From positions 1 through 64,000 of IMG/VR virus record IMGVR_UViG_3300015242_000020: a stretch of DNA of 64,000 nt. One strand, 5' to 3'. Each line of letters starts with the position of its first letter. The first letter of the stretch is position 1. Both the position numbers and the translations under genes were made by a program. This document shows positions 1 through 8,828 of the stretch, in pieces. The notes beneath the pieces are model-generated. The model saw only the letters and a program-made list of their open reading frames with translations, made no database searches and had not been told where the DNA came from. This stretch comes from a virus.

Positions 1-40
1 TAGGCCTTGTCACCATGCCACTCGATATCCGGCGGGATGA

Positions 41-742
41 TCACGATGCCTCTTCGACCTTCTGCCAGTAGGTATCCATTGCCGCCGCGAGCTTGACTGC
101 CTGTTGGTCATCCCTGGATCGGACGTAGGACTCCAGCAGCTCCAGGGCGATCCGGTCGTCCAGGGTGTGCAGCATGTCCTCGATCCTGCGCTCCCAGATG
201 GCCTCGGCCCGTGGATTGGCCAGGGCAAAGGACAGGCAGTCCACCTGCTCGCCACGGAACTCGCACTGCTCGATCGGCCCGGTGGAGGTGAAGCCCAGCT
301 GCCCGATCACCCAGCGGCTGGGTCGGTTGGTGACCTGACAGCGGGCGACCAGAGTGGGGAGGTGCAGTCGGTTGAAGGCGAAGCTGATCAGCAGCGTGCC
401 GGCCTTGGAGATCACGCCCTTGCCGGCCACACCCTGGGCCAGCCAGGCACCCATCTCGATGCCCAGACCAGCGCGCGGGGTCAGCCCGATGCAGCCAACG
501 AGGCTGTCCTCAACGAAGATTCCGAAGTGCCACGCCTGATTGCTGGCGAACTGCTCGGCGCAGCGGTGCAGGTAGTCGCTGGCATCCTTAAGCGTGCGGC
601 AGTGATCGGGCCACTCGAAGTAGCGGGAGAGCCACTCGCGGTTGGCCTCGACCTGGGTGAAGTACTCCTCGGGGTGATGCCGAGTGAGCACCTGCAGGCT
701 AACGTCGCCAGTGGCCAACAGGGTGGGGAGGGCCTGGGTCAT
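41..742 (-). CDS. GNAT acetyltransferase, RimJ/RimL-like
   Basis: Motifs LVGCIGL, EMGAWL, GKGVIS, FAFNRLHL and NRPSRWVIGQLGF. Start moved to ATG 742, which overlaps the upstream stop (ATGA). Confidence 0.8.
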   Translation of the reverse strand: MTQALPTLLATGDVSLQVLTRHHPEEYFTQVEANREWLSRYFEWPDHCRTLKDASDYLHRCAEQFASNQAWHFGIFVEDSLVGCIGLTPRAGLGIEMGAWLAQGVAGKGVISKAGTLLISFAFNRLHLPTLVARCQVTNRPSRWVIGQLGFTSTGPIEQCEFRGEQVDCLSFALANPRAEAIWERRIEDMLHTLDDRIALELLESYVRSRDDQQAVKLAAAMDTYWQKVEEAS

Positions 743-1221
743 GACGCCACGGCCGCGTTGGCCTCGTCGATCCATCCCTGGACCTCGGCACGGATTTCGG
801 CCGGCAGCGGCTCACTCAGCCACGCGGAGCCGTACTTGTAGCCGTCGTCCCGCAGCAGGCCGTGGGCCTCCAGCAGGGTGCAGGCCCAGTCGTAGTGGCT
901 GACCGGGTAGCCGGGGAACTCATCCTTGTGCTCGGCCAGCAGGGCCTCCTGGGCGGGCGTGCCGGCGTGCATGTCGTTGAGGTGCCAGCGATGCCAGACC
1001 TCGACGATCCTGGCCACCTTGGCGTCATCGGGAAAGAGCCGAGTGATCTCCTCGCGGTTCTGGCCGCTGGAGATGTGGTCGGTGCCGGGGCCGTTCCAGA
1101 TCGCTCCGACGATGGACAGGCGCTCGTCGGTCAGCGTGATCTCGATGGTGACTCGGTTGATCTTGCGGCCGTGCCAGCCGCTGTAGTCGACCTTGCCGAA
1201 GTCGAGGATTGCGTGGGACAT
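739..1221 (-). CDS. hypothetical phage protein
   Basis: 160-aa ORF with GGAGG RBS, downstream of a promoter. Confidence 0.75.
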   Translation of the reverse strand: MSHAILDFGKVDYSGWHGRKINRVTIEITLTDERLSIVGAIWNGPGTDHISSGQNREEITRLFPDDAKVARIVEVWHRWHLNDMHAGTPAQEALLAEHKDEFPGYPVSHYDWACTLLEAHGLLRDDGYKYGSAWLSEPLPAEIRAEVQGWIDEANAAVAS

Positions 1222-1258
1222 CTGGAGCCTCCATCGGGAAACGAATCTGATGGAGACG

Positions 1259-1288
1259 ACCGTAGCAGGTTCTAAGGATCCTTGGCAA
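1259..1288 (-). promoter_or_regulatory. SigA-like promoter TTGCCA-N18-TACGGT with operator CAAGGATCCTTA in the spacer
   Basis: Read directly upstream of ORF 739-1221. Confidence 0.55.
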
Positions 1289-1305
1289 CTAGGTCGGTCA
1301 AGTCC

Positions 1306-1635
1306 TCACAGATACTGCATGAACTGCCGGCCGCATTTGATGCAGATGTCATCTTCGACGTGATGGGCGCATTCCTCACGAAAAAACTCGGTGAGGGCCG
1401 GCCGGACCTTGGCTCGCAGCTCACCATCGACGTACACGTCGCAGTCGGTCTGGCGCTCCTCCTGGTAGTAGACCTCGGGTAGCGGATGGCGCATGTCCTG
1501 CTGGATCCGCAGCGAGATTCCAAGGGCGCCGTCCTTGGTCGGCCGGATCCGCACACCGTCGCGGTAAAGCGCGGTCTCTTCGAACGTGGTGTGAGTTGCT
1601 CTCTTGATCGTCTTGAGGTCGAACCGGACCGTCAT
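1306..1635 (-). CDS. hypothetical protein with C-terminal Cys/His motif
   Basis: ATG 1635 overlaps the upstream stop and has a GGAG RBS. Confidence 0.6.
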   Translation of the reverse strand: MTVRFDLKTIKRATHTTFEETALYRDGVRIRPTKDGALGISLRIQQDMRHPLPEVYYQEERQTDCDVYVDGELRAKVRPALTEFFREECAHHVEDDICIKCGRQFMQYL

Positions 1636-2054
1636 CGGGTCTCCTGGGTCGGGTAGTCCGGGCAGCTCGACTGGTAGATGTATCCGAGGATCTTGTGGCA
1701 GCGCGAGCACAGATACCGGTGCTGGCAGGTCCATTTCCGACGAGGGACCACGCCGCCGTTTCCGTCATAGGTCCGGTAGTTCAGCCAGCCACAGACCTTG
1801 TTGCCGTCCGGGCAAAACTGGACCTCGGAGGTGTGCTCGCGGCCGGGATGCCCACCACACCAGCGGGCCCGGTCTTTCTTGGCCGGATAGCTGCGGACCT
1901 CATCGTCAGGAAGGTCGTGACGATTGATCCGGCTGGGAGAGCCCAGCTCGCGCTGAAAGGTCACACCCTGGCGCTCGCCGTCGCCCTGCTGAGCAAACTT
2001 GTGCGGCTTGCACATGGCGCAGCCTTTCCAGCGCCGGTTCGACGTACGAGGCAT
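1632..2054 (-). CDS. Cys-rich hypothetical protein
   Basis: CxxC pairs; translationally coupled; GGAGG RBS. Confidence 0.6.
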   Translation of the reverse strand: MPRTSNRRWKGCAMCKPHKFAQQGDGERQGVTFQRELGSPSRINRHDLPDDEVRSYPAKKDRARWCGGHPGREHTSEVQFCPDGNKVCGWLNYRTYDGNGGVVPRRKWTCQHRYLCSRCHKILGYIYQSSCPDYPTQETR

Positions 2055-2323
2055 CAGCCTTCCTCCCGGCCGAGACGATCGAGCGCATCTCGGTCTCTGA
2101 TGACAATCCTCTGGGCCAGGAGCCGAACCTGCTCTGTCTGAGCTATCGCCCGCACATGGTCAGCGAACATCAGCTCGGCATCGTCGTACTCGTGTGGGCT
2201 GGCCGGAAAGATTCCGATCGGGCCGTGTGCGGAGCAGTCCACCAGTAGGAACCTGCCGGCAGTGTCCGGCTCGCCATCCTCAGTGCACGGGGTCAGCCCC
2301 TCACGGACGCAACACTCAGCCAT
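2054..2323 (-). CDS. hypothetical protein
   Basis: Coupled ORF with AGGAG RBS. Confidence 0.6.
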   Translation of the reverse strand: MAECCVREGLTPCTEDGEPDTAGRFLLVDCSAHGPIGIFPASPHEYDDAELMFADHVRAIAQTEQVRLLAQRIVIRDRDALDRLGREEG

Positions 2324-2447
2324 GAATGACTCCTAGTCCTTGAAGCACATCAAGGACGAAGGCCGCGATCACACAGAGGAGGATGACGGCACCCGCGAAG
2401 GCGGCCAGTAGCCACAGGCTCTCCTCGTGCCGCTCCGAGTGCCGCAC
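2316..2447 (-). CDS. small single-pass membrane protein
   Basis: GTG 2447 after AGGAGG; hydrophobic stretch LWLLAAFAGAVILLCVIAAFVL. Confidence 0.55.
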   Translation of the reverse strand: MRHSERHEESLWLLAAFAGAVILLCVIAAFVLDVLQGLGVIHG

Positions 2448-2604
2448 GACTGCCTCCTGCGAGATAGAAGTATGTCGGGGTCTCACCGACCGAAGATCCG
2501 GCAGTAGCTTGGACCGTTCGGGCGGTGAGACCCCTTGCCGCTGCACACCCTTCTACGGGAGCGGCGCCCTTCAATGTCCCAACGACGGGATGAGGTGCCA
2601 GTCC

Positions 2605-2634
2605 ACCGTAGTGCACCGTCTAAGGTTTCCTCAA
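2605..2634 (-). promoter_or_regulatory. promoter TTGAGG-N18-TACGGT with operator-like GAGGAAACCTTA
   Basis: Same -10 and spacing as the 1259-1288 promoter. Confidence 0.45.
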
Positions 2635-3038
2635 GGGGTCAACCGAGGCTTGCCGGAGTTATCCGCCCAGGCCCACTTGCTCAGCGCCCAGGTGGCCACG
2701 CCGCACGGGGCGCAGTAGGTCTTTCCGGACTGTCGGGCGCCGGCCTCCCCGAAGTACTCCACGTACTGGCCGCCGGGGGAGATCTCCTTCGCGCAGTCCG
2801 GATGTGGGCAGGGCTGAGAGCCACCGGGGCAGGTGCAGGTCCGGTCCTTGGTCGAGACCCGGTAGCGGGCGTCGGCGATCAGCTCGGGCTCGGCGTAGAT
2901 GGTGGTGCCGCAGCACTCGCAGGTGTCGCCGGCAAACAGCTCGTGGTGCAGGGTCCGGGCACAGCCCACCGGCGAGGGACAGATAGAAGTATCAAACCGG
3001 GAGTAGTGCCGGGCGCCGTAGTGGCGTGGCTCGGTCAT
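2631..3038 (-). CDS. Cys-rich putative zinc-binding protein
   Basis: Several CxxC motifs; ATG 3038 overlaps the upstream stop. Confidence 0.6.
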   Translation of the reverse strand: MTEPRHYGARHYSRFDTSICPSPVGCARTLHHELFAGDTCECCGTTIYAEPELIADARYRVSTKDRTCTCPGGSQPCPHPDCAKEISPGGQYVEYFGEAGARQSGKTYCAPCGVATWALSKWAWADNSGKPRLTP

Positions 3039-3601
3039 CGGGATCCCTCCGGTGCCTGATATACCCCATAGACACACCTTGATCCGTCTCGGCTCGGGTC
3101 GTCGGTGTCGTAGATGACTCCGTCGATCACCGCGCACAGGTGCTTGGAGCAGCGGGCGATGATCCGGCCAGGAGGTAGCTCGCTGGCTCTGAGATGGACG
3201 GTGGTGCCCGATCCGATGGCCATGGTCGGTGTCCACCTCCATCCCAGCTCTTGGGTCAGGTAGCGCTCATAGACCTGTCTGCTCACTCCGGTGCGAGCCG
3301 AGCCCCGGGCGCCTCTGGAGCCTTTCCGGGCGGCCTTGATCCGGTGGTTGATCGCGTCATAGACCTGCAGGTAGGGCAGCTCGGTGGCGATCGCGATGGC
3401 CCGGGTCACGCAGTCGCCGGTAGATCCGGTGAAGCCTGCTGCCTTGCGGCCACCGTCGGCGTACTTCCAGCCGATCGGGGAGCGCAGATCCAGGATGATC
3501 GGCTCGCCGCGCTGCCGTACTGGACCGCCAGGCCGGACGAGGACGGTGAAATCACGGGCCGGTGGATGGTCAAGCCTCCGGACTTCCGCTGATTGGGACA
3601 T
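3035..3601 (-). CDS. conserved phage hypothetical protein (Cys/His/Asp motifs, possibly peptidase-like)
   Basis: Motifs DGGR, GDCVTRAIAIA and KHLCAVIDGVIYDT; ATG 3601 after a GGAGAG RBS. Confidence 0.65.
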   Translation of the reverse strand: MSQSAEVRRLDHPPARDFTVLVRPGGPVRQRGEPIILDLRSPIGWKYADGGRKAAGFTGSTGDCVTRAIAIATELPYLQVYDAINHRIKAARKGSRGARGSARTGVSRQVYERYLTQELGWRWTPTMAIGSGTTVHLRASELPPGRIIARCSKHLCAVIDGVIYDTDDPSRDGSRCVYGVYQAPEGSR

Positions 3602-3638
3602 TGTTCTCTCCAAGGGAAATAGTGGTGCTGATACCACC

Positions 3639-3666
3639 ATTCTACCACACCTGTCAAGGATCCTTA
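3639..3666 (-). promoter_or_regulatory. extended -10 promoter (TGGTAGAAT) with upstream TTGACA and operator CAAGGATCCTTA
   Basis: Read directly from the sequence. Confidence 0.5.
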
Positions 3667-4521
3667 GACAGACGCCAACTCCAGAGCCTGTCGTCGGCGG
3701 TGGGAGGCGGCCACCCAGGACTCCTCCTCGGCGGTGAGGATCAGATGGTCGGGGATGTCCATCGTGTCCTCGATCGTGGCGTCGGTGAAGCCGAGGTAGT
3801 GCATCATGGCCAGTCGACCGCCGGCCCCCAACTCCATGGTCTTGCGCCAGTGCTCCCGGCACCGGTCTTTGACCCGGGCCAGCCACTGCATGCGCTCCCG
3901 GTGGTGGGCCTGGCGTCGGGTGTTGAAGTGCTCGCGGCCATCCTCGGTCGGGGTGGCCAGGGTGAAGAGCAGGTGCAGAGAGCCTCGGGCCACCTTGACC
4001 GCGAATCCCTTGGCCTGCAGCCAGCGGGAGACTCGGTGCAGACGGGGCCGGTTGCCCAGCACGGCCAGCAGCTCTGTGGTGGTCAGCACGTGGTCACCCT
4101 CGCCGTAGAGCACCGCGATCGCCCAAGCCCAAGGGTCGGTCCAGTTGTCGGAGGCCGGATCCAGAAACTCCAGCTGGCGGTAATCCGCTCTGGTCCGGTC
4201 AGGATGATCGCCAGCGAGCCGGTAGTCCCCGGCCCATCGTCGCTCCTGGGGTCCGGACCAGCGGCCTCGGGTGACGCACCGGATCAGGCCGTGCGGGGAG
4301 GTCTGGCCCTCGGCGGGCAGATAGGCGGTGAGAGTCTCGCGGGAGAGACCGGAGTGAGCCTCCAGGGCCCGTATGCCCGCAGTGGTCAGGTGCGGGTACA
4401 GCAGCAGCGCGACCGCGATCCGGCACTCATAGATGAGAGCTTTGTCCAGTCGAGAGCCGTGAAGAAGGGCACGAATCCGTGTCAAGAGGATGTGTGGTTG
4501 GACAGTGGTGCAAGAGTCCAT
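3664..4521 (-). CDS. hypothetical protein, possible HTH DNA-binding or replication protein
   Basis: 285-aa ORF; HTH-like GIRALEAHSGLSRETL. Confidence 0.55.
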   Translation of the reverse strand: MDSCTTVQPHILLTRIRALLHGSRLDKALIYECRIAVALLLYPHLTTAGIRALEAHSGLSRETLTAYLPAEGQTSPHGLIRCVTRGRWSGPQERRWAGDYRLAGDHPDRTRADYRQLEFLDPASDNWTDPWAWAIAVLYGEGDHVLTTTELLAVLGNRPRLHRVSRWLQAKGFAVKVARGSLHLLFTLATPTEDGREHFNTRRQAHHRERMQWLARVKDRCREHWRKTMELGAGGRLAMMHYLGFTDATIEDTMDIPDHLILTAEEESWVAASHRRRQALELASV

Positions 4522-5017
4522 TAGCCTGGTCCTCAGCGTCGGAACGGATCCCCGAAGCCCTTCGACAAGGCTTCACTACAGGGGGTCCGTTTTGATTTGT
4601 CCTGGGGGACTCTAGACCTTCGATCTTTCCGGTGCCAAGTCCTCCTCTCCTGATGGTTCACTTTCCGGCCAACTAGGGATGTGAGTACTCGGCTCGCGCG
4701 TATGCATGTGCGCCCGCGCGAGGACAAGTCCTGGTCTAAGTACTTACTCCTTCCCTAGAGAACCCCTGTGGTACGGAAAATGAACCATCGAGTCCTAGGT
4801 AAGATCATCTCCCGCACGGCACGTGCAGAGCCCCGGAACGCGTCCGGGAAGTGCGGCCCAGGTCGGGCTATCGTCACCTCGACCTGGGCCTGCGCCATAC
4901 TGGTGGCCAGGCGGCGTCAACTCGGTCAACACGACGTACCATGGCGCCGACAAGGACACTCTTGACGGCATGCTTGATTCCGTGCCGAGGTGTACCTGCG
5001 CCGCCGCCCATAATCCC

Positions 5018-5047
5018 TAGACCGATCCGGTGAGATAGATCTATCCT
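5018..5047 (+). promoter_or_regulatory. promoter TAGACC-N18-TATCCT overlapped by the GATAGATCTATC palindrome
   Basis: Lies just upstream of the tRNA-Cys-like gene. Confidence 0.4.
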
Positions 5048-5061
5048 GGATTGGCACGCAT

Positions 5062-5131
5062 GGCGATATGACCGGGCAGGCGAACGATGGCTGCAACCCA
5101 TCGGTTTCGAGTTCGACTCTCGATATCGCTT
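5062..5131 (+). tRNA. tRNA-Cys(GCA)-like, weak D-arm
   Basis: Acceptor GGCGATA/TATCGCT, U73 discriminator, anticodon arm GATGG-CTGCAAC-CCATC, T-arm TCGAG-TTCGACT-CTCGA. Confidence 0.7.
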
Positions 5132-5253
5132 CGACCGAGGCCCGGTGGGCCAAGGTAGTGATCGGTGGACTCGTTCGGACGGACTGTCTCCATCGGTCAT
5201 CTGATCAATGCCGAGCTGGAGGACGACTCCAACGATTGATGCCCGACCACATG

Positions 5254-5290
5254 ACCCCGCCCGCTGCCTGAAGGCATGGCGGGGTTTTCT
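5254..5290 (+). terminator. intrinsic terminator
   Basis: GC hairpin ACCCCGCC...GGCGGGGT followed by TTTCT. Confidence 0.55.
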
Positions 5291-5308
5291 ACGATCGGAG
5301 TGAAGACC

Positions 5309-5491
5309 ATGCGCGCTGTCGTGATGGACATCGGCTGCCTAGAGTGCCATGTACCTAGCGAGCTGCTCGGGATCTACTCCTCGGCCTTCGAGGCTCTGGC
5401 CGCCCATCCCGAGGCCCAACTGGCCACCACGATGGACAGTGACTTGGACTGGTACGGGGACGTGGTCCAGGTCATCTTCACCGAGCCATAG
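5309..5491 (+). CDS. small hypothetical protein
   Basis: ATG 5309 with GGAG RBS; CxxC motif. Confidence 0.55.
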   Translation: MRAVVMDIGCLECHVPSELLGIYSSAFEALAAHPEAQLATTMDSDLDWYGDVVQVIFTEP

Positions 5492-5492
5492 T

Positions 5493-5531
5493 GAAGCCGG
5501 CCGGTGTCCTGATACATTCCGGCCGGCTTCA
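5493..5531. terminator. hairpin between convergent genes
   Basis: TGAAGCCGGCCGG...CCGGCCGGCTTCA inverted repeat. Confidence 0.55.
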
Positions 5532-5575
5532 TCGCTGTACGTGGCGCTCAGCCCCTCCCACGGGGCTCTCCTGGG

Positions 5576-6187
5576 CTAGCTGCCCACCTTGGCGACGGCC
5601 CGCTTGGTCAGCTCCAGGGCCAGGTCGATGGAGTCATCATCGGTCAGCGCCACCGTGATGCCGTGCGGGTTGCCTGGGTCGATGTTGCGGGGCACGATCC
5701 GGGCGTCCTTGCCGAGCAGGTCCCAGACGTCGGGACGCTGCAGCCGCAGATGCAGAGAGCCGGCCCAGGGCCGCAGGTAGACCACCGCACCAGAGCGCCT
5801 GACTCCCGGGCTGCACAGCCGGATGTAGTCGGTGTAGCCATCCCCCCAGGTGGTGCTGCGGGACTTTCCGACCCGGGCGATCAGACCCAGCTCGGTCTCG
5901 GCCCGGTTGAGCAGGGTCTCCATCCGGAAGGTCTCCGTGGGGCTGGTGGAGTTTCCGTAGAGGGACCGGCTGAACAGCACGTAGCGGACCAGCCGCTCCC
6001 GGCGGGCGATCGCGGCCTGACCGGGGGACTCCTCCTCGGGGGTGTCCTCTGTCGTGTCCTCGGTCTCGACCTCGGGGTCCTGCGCATGCGCCGGCTCGGG
6101 GTCCTGTACTGCAGTCGGGACGGTCGGTGTTTCGGTGAGCTTCCGGTAAGCAACCACCTCTTCGGGGGTGCCGGTGACGTATTCCAT
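5576..6187 (-). CDS. hypothetical protein with acidic N-terminal linker
   Basis: ATG 6187 after AAAGG. Confidence 0.7.
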   Translation of the reverse strand: MEYVTGTPEEVVAYRKLTETPTVPTAVQDPEPAHAQDPEVETEDTTEDTPEEESPGQAAIARRERLVRYVLFSRSLYGNSTSPTETFRMETLLNRAETELGLIARVGKSRSTTWGDGYTDYIRLCSPGVRRSGAVVYLRPWAGSLHLRLQRPDVWDLLGKDARIVPRNIDPGNPHGITVALTDDDSIDLALELTKRAVAKVGS

Positions 6188-6463
6188 GATGGTTTTGCCT
6201 TTCGTCAGGTTCAGCAGTCCATTAGCGAATCTGCTGATGGGTACAGAACCTGTATACGGCATTAGTGGTCGGATCTGCAAACGATCCTTATAAGACACGC
6301 CGTTACCAGGCCGCTGCTACCCTGATCCTCGCCCCGCTCCACGGCCTGCAGCTTGCGAGCGGGGCACCCAGAGCCCGGCTGAGATGACCGCTGGCCGAAC
6401 GAGACCTCGATCCCTGAGGACCCAGTAATCTCTGACCGGTACGAGTCAGCTGCGCGCTGACGG

Positions 6464-6496
6464 AACGGCCGCCCCGGGCAGGGGGCGGCCGTTTTT
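6464..6496 (+). terminator. intrinsic terminator, U-tract on the + strand
   Basis: AACGGCCGCCCC-loop-GGGGCGGCCGTTTTT. Confidence 0.65.
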
Positions 6497-6522
6497 ACGT
6501 TCCATCTGATGCGGGGATAGAT

Positions 6523-6966
6523 CTATGCGTCGAGCGCTTCCTCCAGCGCCCGGAACCCGACCAGGGTCTGATCCAGTCCGGCGACGATGGTCTGGACCGC
6601 GCTGAGTAGCTCCGGGGTGCGCTCCACGGCGAAGAAGACCGGCTCTGCCACCACCTCGACGTGCAGCTGTGCCTGCGGGCTGAAGATCTCGGCGTAGCGC
6701 TTCTCCGGGGTGCGCAGGATCTTGGTCGGCAGACCCTGCTGGGTCTGGGCGATGGTCTTCTCCTGGATCAGGATCTCCTCCCCGGCCCGCACCGTGCCGA
6801 TCGAGGCGCTGATCCCGAACAGCTCCACCGCGTGCTCGGACAGGTACTCCAGGTCCGGCAGATTAGACCCCGCCGGAAATTCCTTGTAATGGATCAGCTC
6901 GCGCAGACACTCCGCGATCCGCTCCTTCTTGGTCAGACTTGTGCCATTGAGGCTGGTGGTCATCAC
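6523..6966 (-). CDS. GntR-like winged-HTH regulator
   Basis: RIAECLRELIHYKEFPAGSNLP...FGIS..TVR pattern of GntR DNA-binding domains. Confidence 0.7.
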   Translation of the reverse strand: MMTTSLNGTSLTKKERIAECLRELIHYKEFPAGSNLPDLEYLSEHAVELFGISASIGTVRAGEEILIQEKTIAQTQQGLPTKILRTPEKRYAEIFSPQAQLHVEVVAEPVFFAVERTPELLSAVQTIVAGLDQTLVGFRALEEALDA

Positions 6967-7060
6967 TGCATCCCTTTCGTCGGCCTCTCAGCACTCACGG
7001 TAAGTCGGACAGACCGGCATCGGTGATCGTCTACCCAAGGAAATTTGGAACGGCGAAAGA

Positions 7061-7097
7061 CCTGCCGGACCGCCGGATCTTCCGAGTGAAGAGGTAG
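7061..7097 (+). promoter_or_regulatory. putative late promoter CCTG-N24-AAGAGGTAG
   Basis: Motif shared with five sites upstream of structural operons. Confidence 0.55.
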
Positions 7098-7134
7098 GAG
7101 GGATTCCTGCCCTCCCCTAGCCCAAGGGGATGCA

Positions 7135-7326
7135 ATGACCGACTCCACTCTGGCCCAACCCGATGACACAGCGCTACCGGATGCCGATGGTGATGGCGCC
7201 GAAGGGGATGACCTGACCACACTGCCGGATCTCCCGCCGCAGCAGGCCACCGACTCCGATGAGGGCGAGGACCTCGGCGACATCGAACGCCCGGATCCCT
7301 GCATCGCCGAAGGTGGGGGTGCCTGA
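7135..7326 (+). CDS. small acidic protein coupled to the endolysin
   Basis: D/E-rich 63-aa ORF; AAGGGG RBS; TGATG overlap. Confidence 0.55.
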   Translation: MTDSTLAQPDDTALPDADGDGAEGDDLTTLPDLPPQQATDSDEGEDLGDIERPDPCIAEGGGA

Positions 7327-8234
7327 TGGCTGCCCACTTCGGCAATTACAACCCGAGCAGTTTCGGCTGGTCGGCCGATGGCTCCCAAGTGGTTCCGTTC
7401 AGCTACAAGGGCGAGCCGTTCCCGTCCGGCTGCCACCGACTGGTGGTGGCACTGTTCACCGGGCTGAGCAATGACCTGACCGCCGCCGGTCTGCACATCC
7501 CCAGCACTCACAACCCACTAGTGGACGGCAACTGGGGCTACGAGCCGCGCAACGTTCGGGGCTCATCCAACCTTTCCTTCCACGCCTACGGCCTGGCTGT
7601 GGACTACGACGCCCCGCACAACGGGATGACCACCTCAACTACCTTCCGGGGCACCATGCCGGCCAACGCCACCGCGATCGCCCACAAGTGGGGCTGTGAG
7701 TGGGGTGGGGAGTGGTCGGGTCGCCGAGACGTGATGCATTACGAGGTGCATTTGTCCCCCGGAGATGTTTCTGGCGTGGTGTCGGCCAACCACGGAGGGG
7801 CCACGACGGCCCCCAGCAGCCCTCCAGGGCACCCAGTCCTGCGGCAGGGGTCTACCGGCAAGGATGTGGCCACCGTGCAGCGCAGGCTCAATCTGAAGCC
7901 TTCGCCGCATCCTGTGTTCGGCCCGGCCACCAAGGCCGCCGTGCAGATGTACCAGCGCCGGCACAAGATCACCGCCGACGGAGTCGTCGGCGCCACCACC
8001 TGGTCGCGGCTGCTCAGTGCCTCGATCTTGCCCGGCGAGCGGTCTGTCAGCCTGGGCTGCACCGGGCCGGATGTGGCCTGGCTGCAACGCCGGCTGGGTC
8101 TGGTGCCGGCCAAGCATCCGGCCTTCGGGATCAAGACCCAGTCCACCCTGGCGGCCTGGAAAGCCAAGCGCGGTCTCGGCGGAGGTGGCTCCGCTGGCCC
8201 CGTGACCTGGGCTGCCCTAGGAGCAAACGGCTAA
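7326..8234 (+). CDS. endolysin: M15 metallopeptidase plus peptidoglycan-binding domains
   Basis: SFHAYGLAVD and WGGEW...DVMHYE; two PG_binding_1-like repeats (LRQGSTGKDV..VQRRL, ADGVVGATTW). Confidence 0.88.
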   Translation: MAAHFGNYNPSSFGWSADGSQVVPFSYKGEPFPSGCHRLVVALFTGLSNDLTAAGLHIPSTHNPLVDGNWGYEPRNVRGSSNLSFHAYGLAVDYDAPHNGMTTSTTFRGTMPANATAIAHKWGCEWGGEWSGRRDVMHYEVHLSPGDVSGVVSANHGGATTAPSSPPGHPVLRQGSTGKDVATVQRRLNLKPSPHPVFGPATKAAVQMYQRRHKITADGVVGATTWSRLLSASILPGERSVSLGCTGPDVAWLQRRLGLVPAKHPAFGIKTQSTLAAWKAKRGLGGGGSAGPVTWAALGANG

Positions 8235-8276
8235 TATGGTGTTTTGACGGAAGGGACTCCGTCAACCAAGGGATAA

Positions 8277-8312
8277 AGCGCCCCTCCGGTAAGCAGTCAC
8301 CGGAGGGGCGCT
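8277..8312 (+). terminator. hairpin after the endolysin
   Basis: AGCGCCCCTCCGGT...ACCGGAGGGGCGCT. Confidence 0.6.
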
Positions 8313-8325
8313 CCTGTGTGTTCGG

Positions 8326-8355
8326 TTGACGCACTCAGTCAAGGAACCTTAGAGT
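8326..8355 (+). promoter_or_regulatory. SigA-like promoter TTGACG-N18-TAGAGT with operator CAAGGAACCTTA
   Basis: Heads the plus-strand small-gene operon. Confidence 0.6.
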
Positions 8356-8391
8356 GACAGCACGATCTCGCACCATTCCCAAGGAGACCCC

Positions 8392-8595
8392 GTGCCCGAC
8401 CTTCATGGCCCCCTCGACTTCGGCAACATCCAGCAGGCGCTGAATATCGCCGTCCGGGAGCAGTACACCGACACCTGGGCCAATCGGTACCACGCCGACG
8501 TCACCGCGCTGCGGGACCACGTCCTGGAGCTGGAGGAAAAGCTCGCCCAGGCCAACTCGATGGAGCAGTCCCACGACAGCCAGGACCCCTCGTGA
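8392..8595 (+). CDS. hypothetical coiled-coil protein
   Basis: AAGGAG RBS; first gene of a coupled operon. Confidence 0.65.
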   Translation: MPDLHGPLDFGNIQQALNIAVREQYTDTWANRYHADVTALRDHVLELEEKLAQANSMEQSHDSQDPS

Positions 8596-8828
8596 CCTCC
8601 GGCCACCACAGCCTCAACAACCTGATCGAGGCGTGGCGGATGACCGACGCCGGCCGCAACCAGGAGATCTGGGAGTTCCTGGGCTGGAGCCGCGCTCAGT
8701 ACGAGTGCTGGCTCAACACCGACGAGATCCCCGACGTGCCGCTGTCCAGTGCGGCATTTGCGCTCCTGCAGTACTCCCAGGTCGCCGAGGTGCTGCTGGG
8801 TGGAGTCACGGAGAGGGAGCCGTCCTGA
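8592..8828 (+). CDS. hypothetical protein
   Basis: GTGA overlap; motif IWEFLGWS..QYECW. Confidence 0.65.
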   Translation: MTSGHHSLNNLIEAWRMTDAGRNQEIWEFLGWSRAQYECWLNTDEIPDVPLSSAAFALLQYSQVAEVLLGGVTEREPS

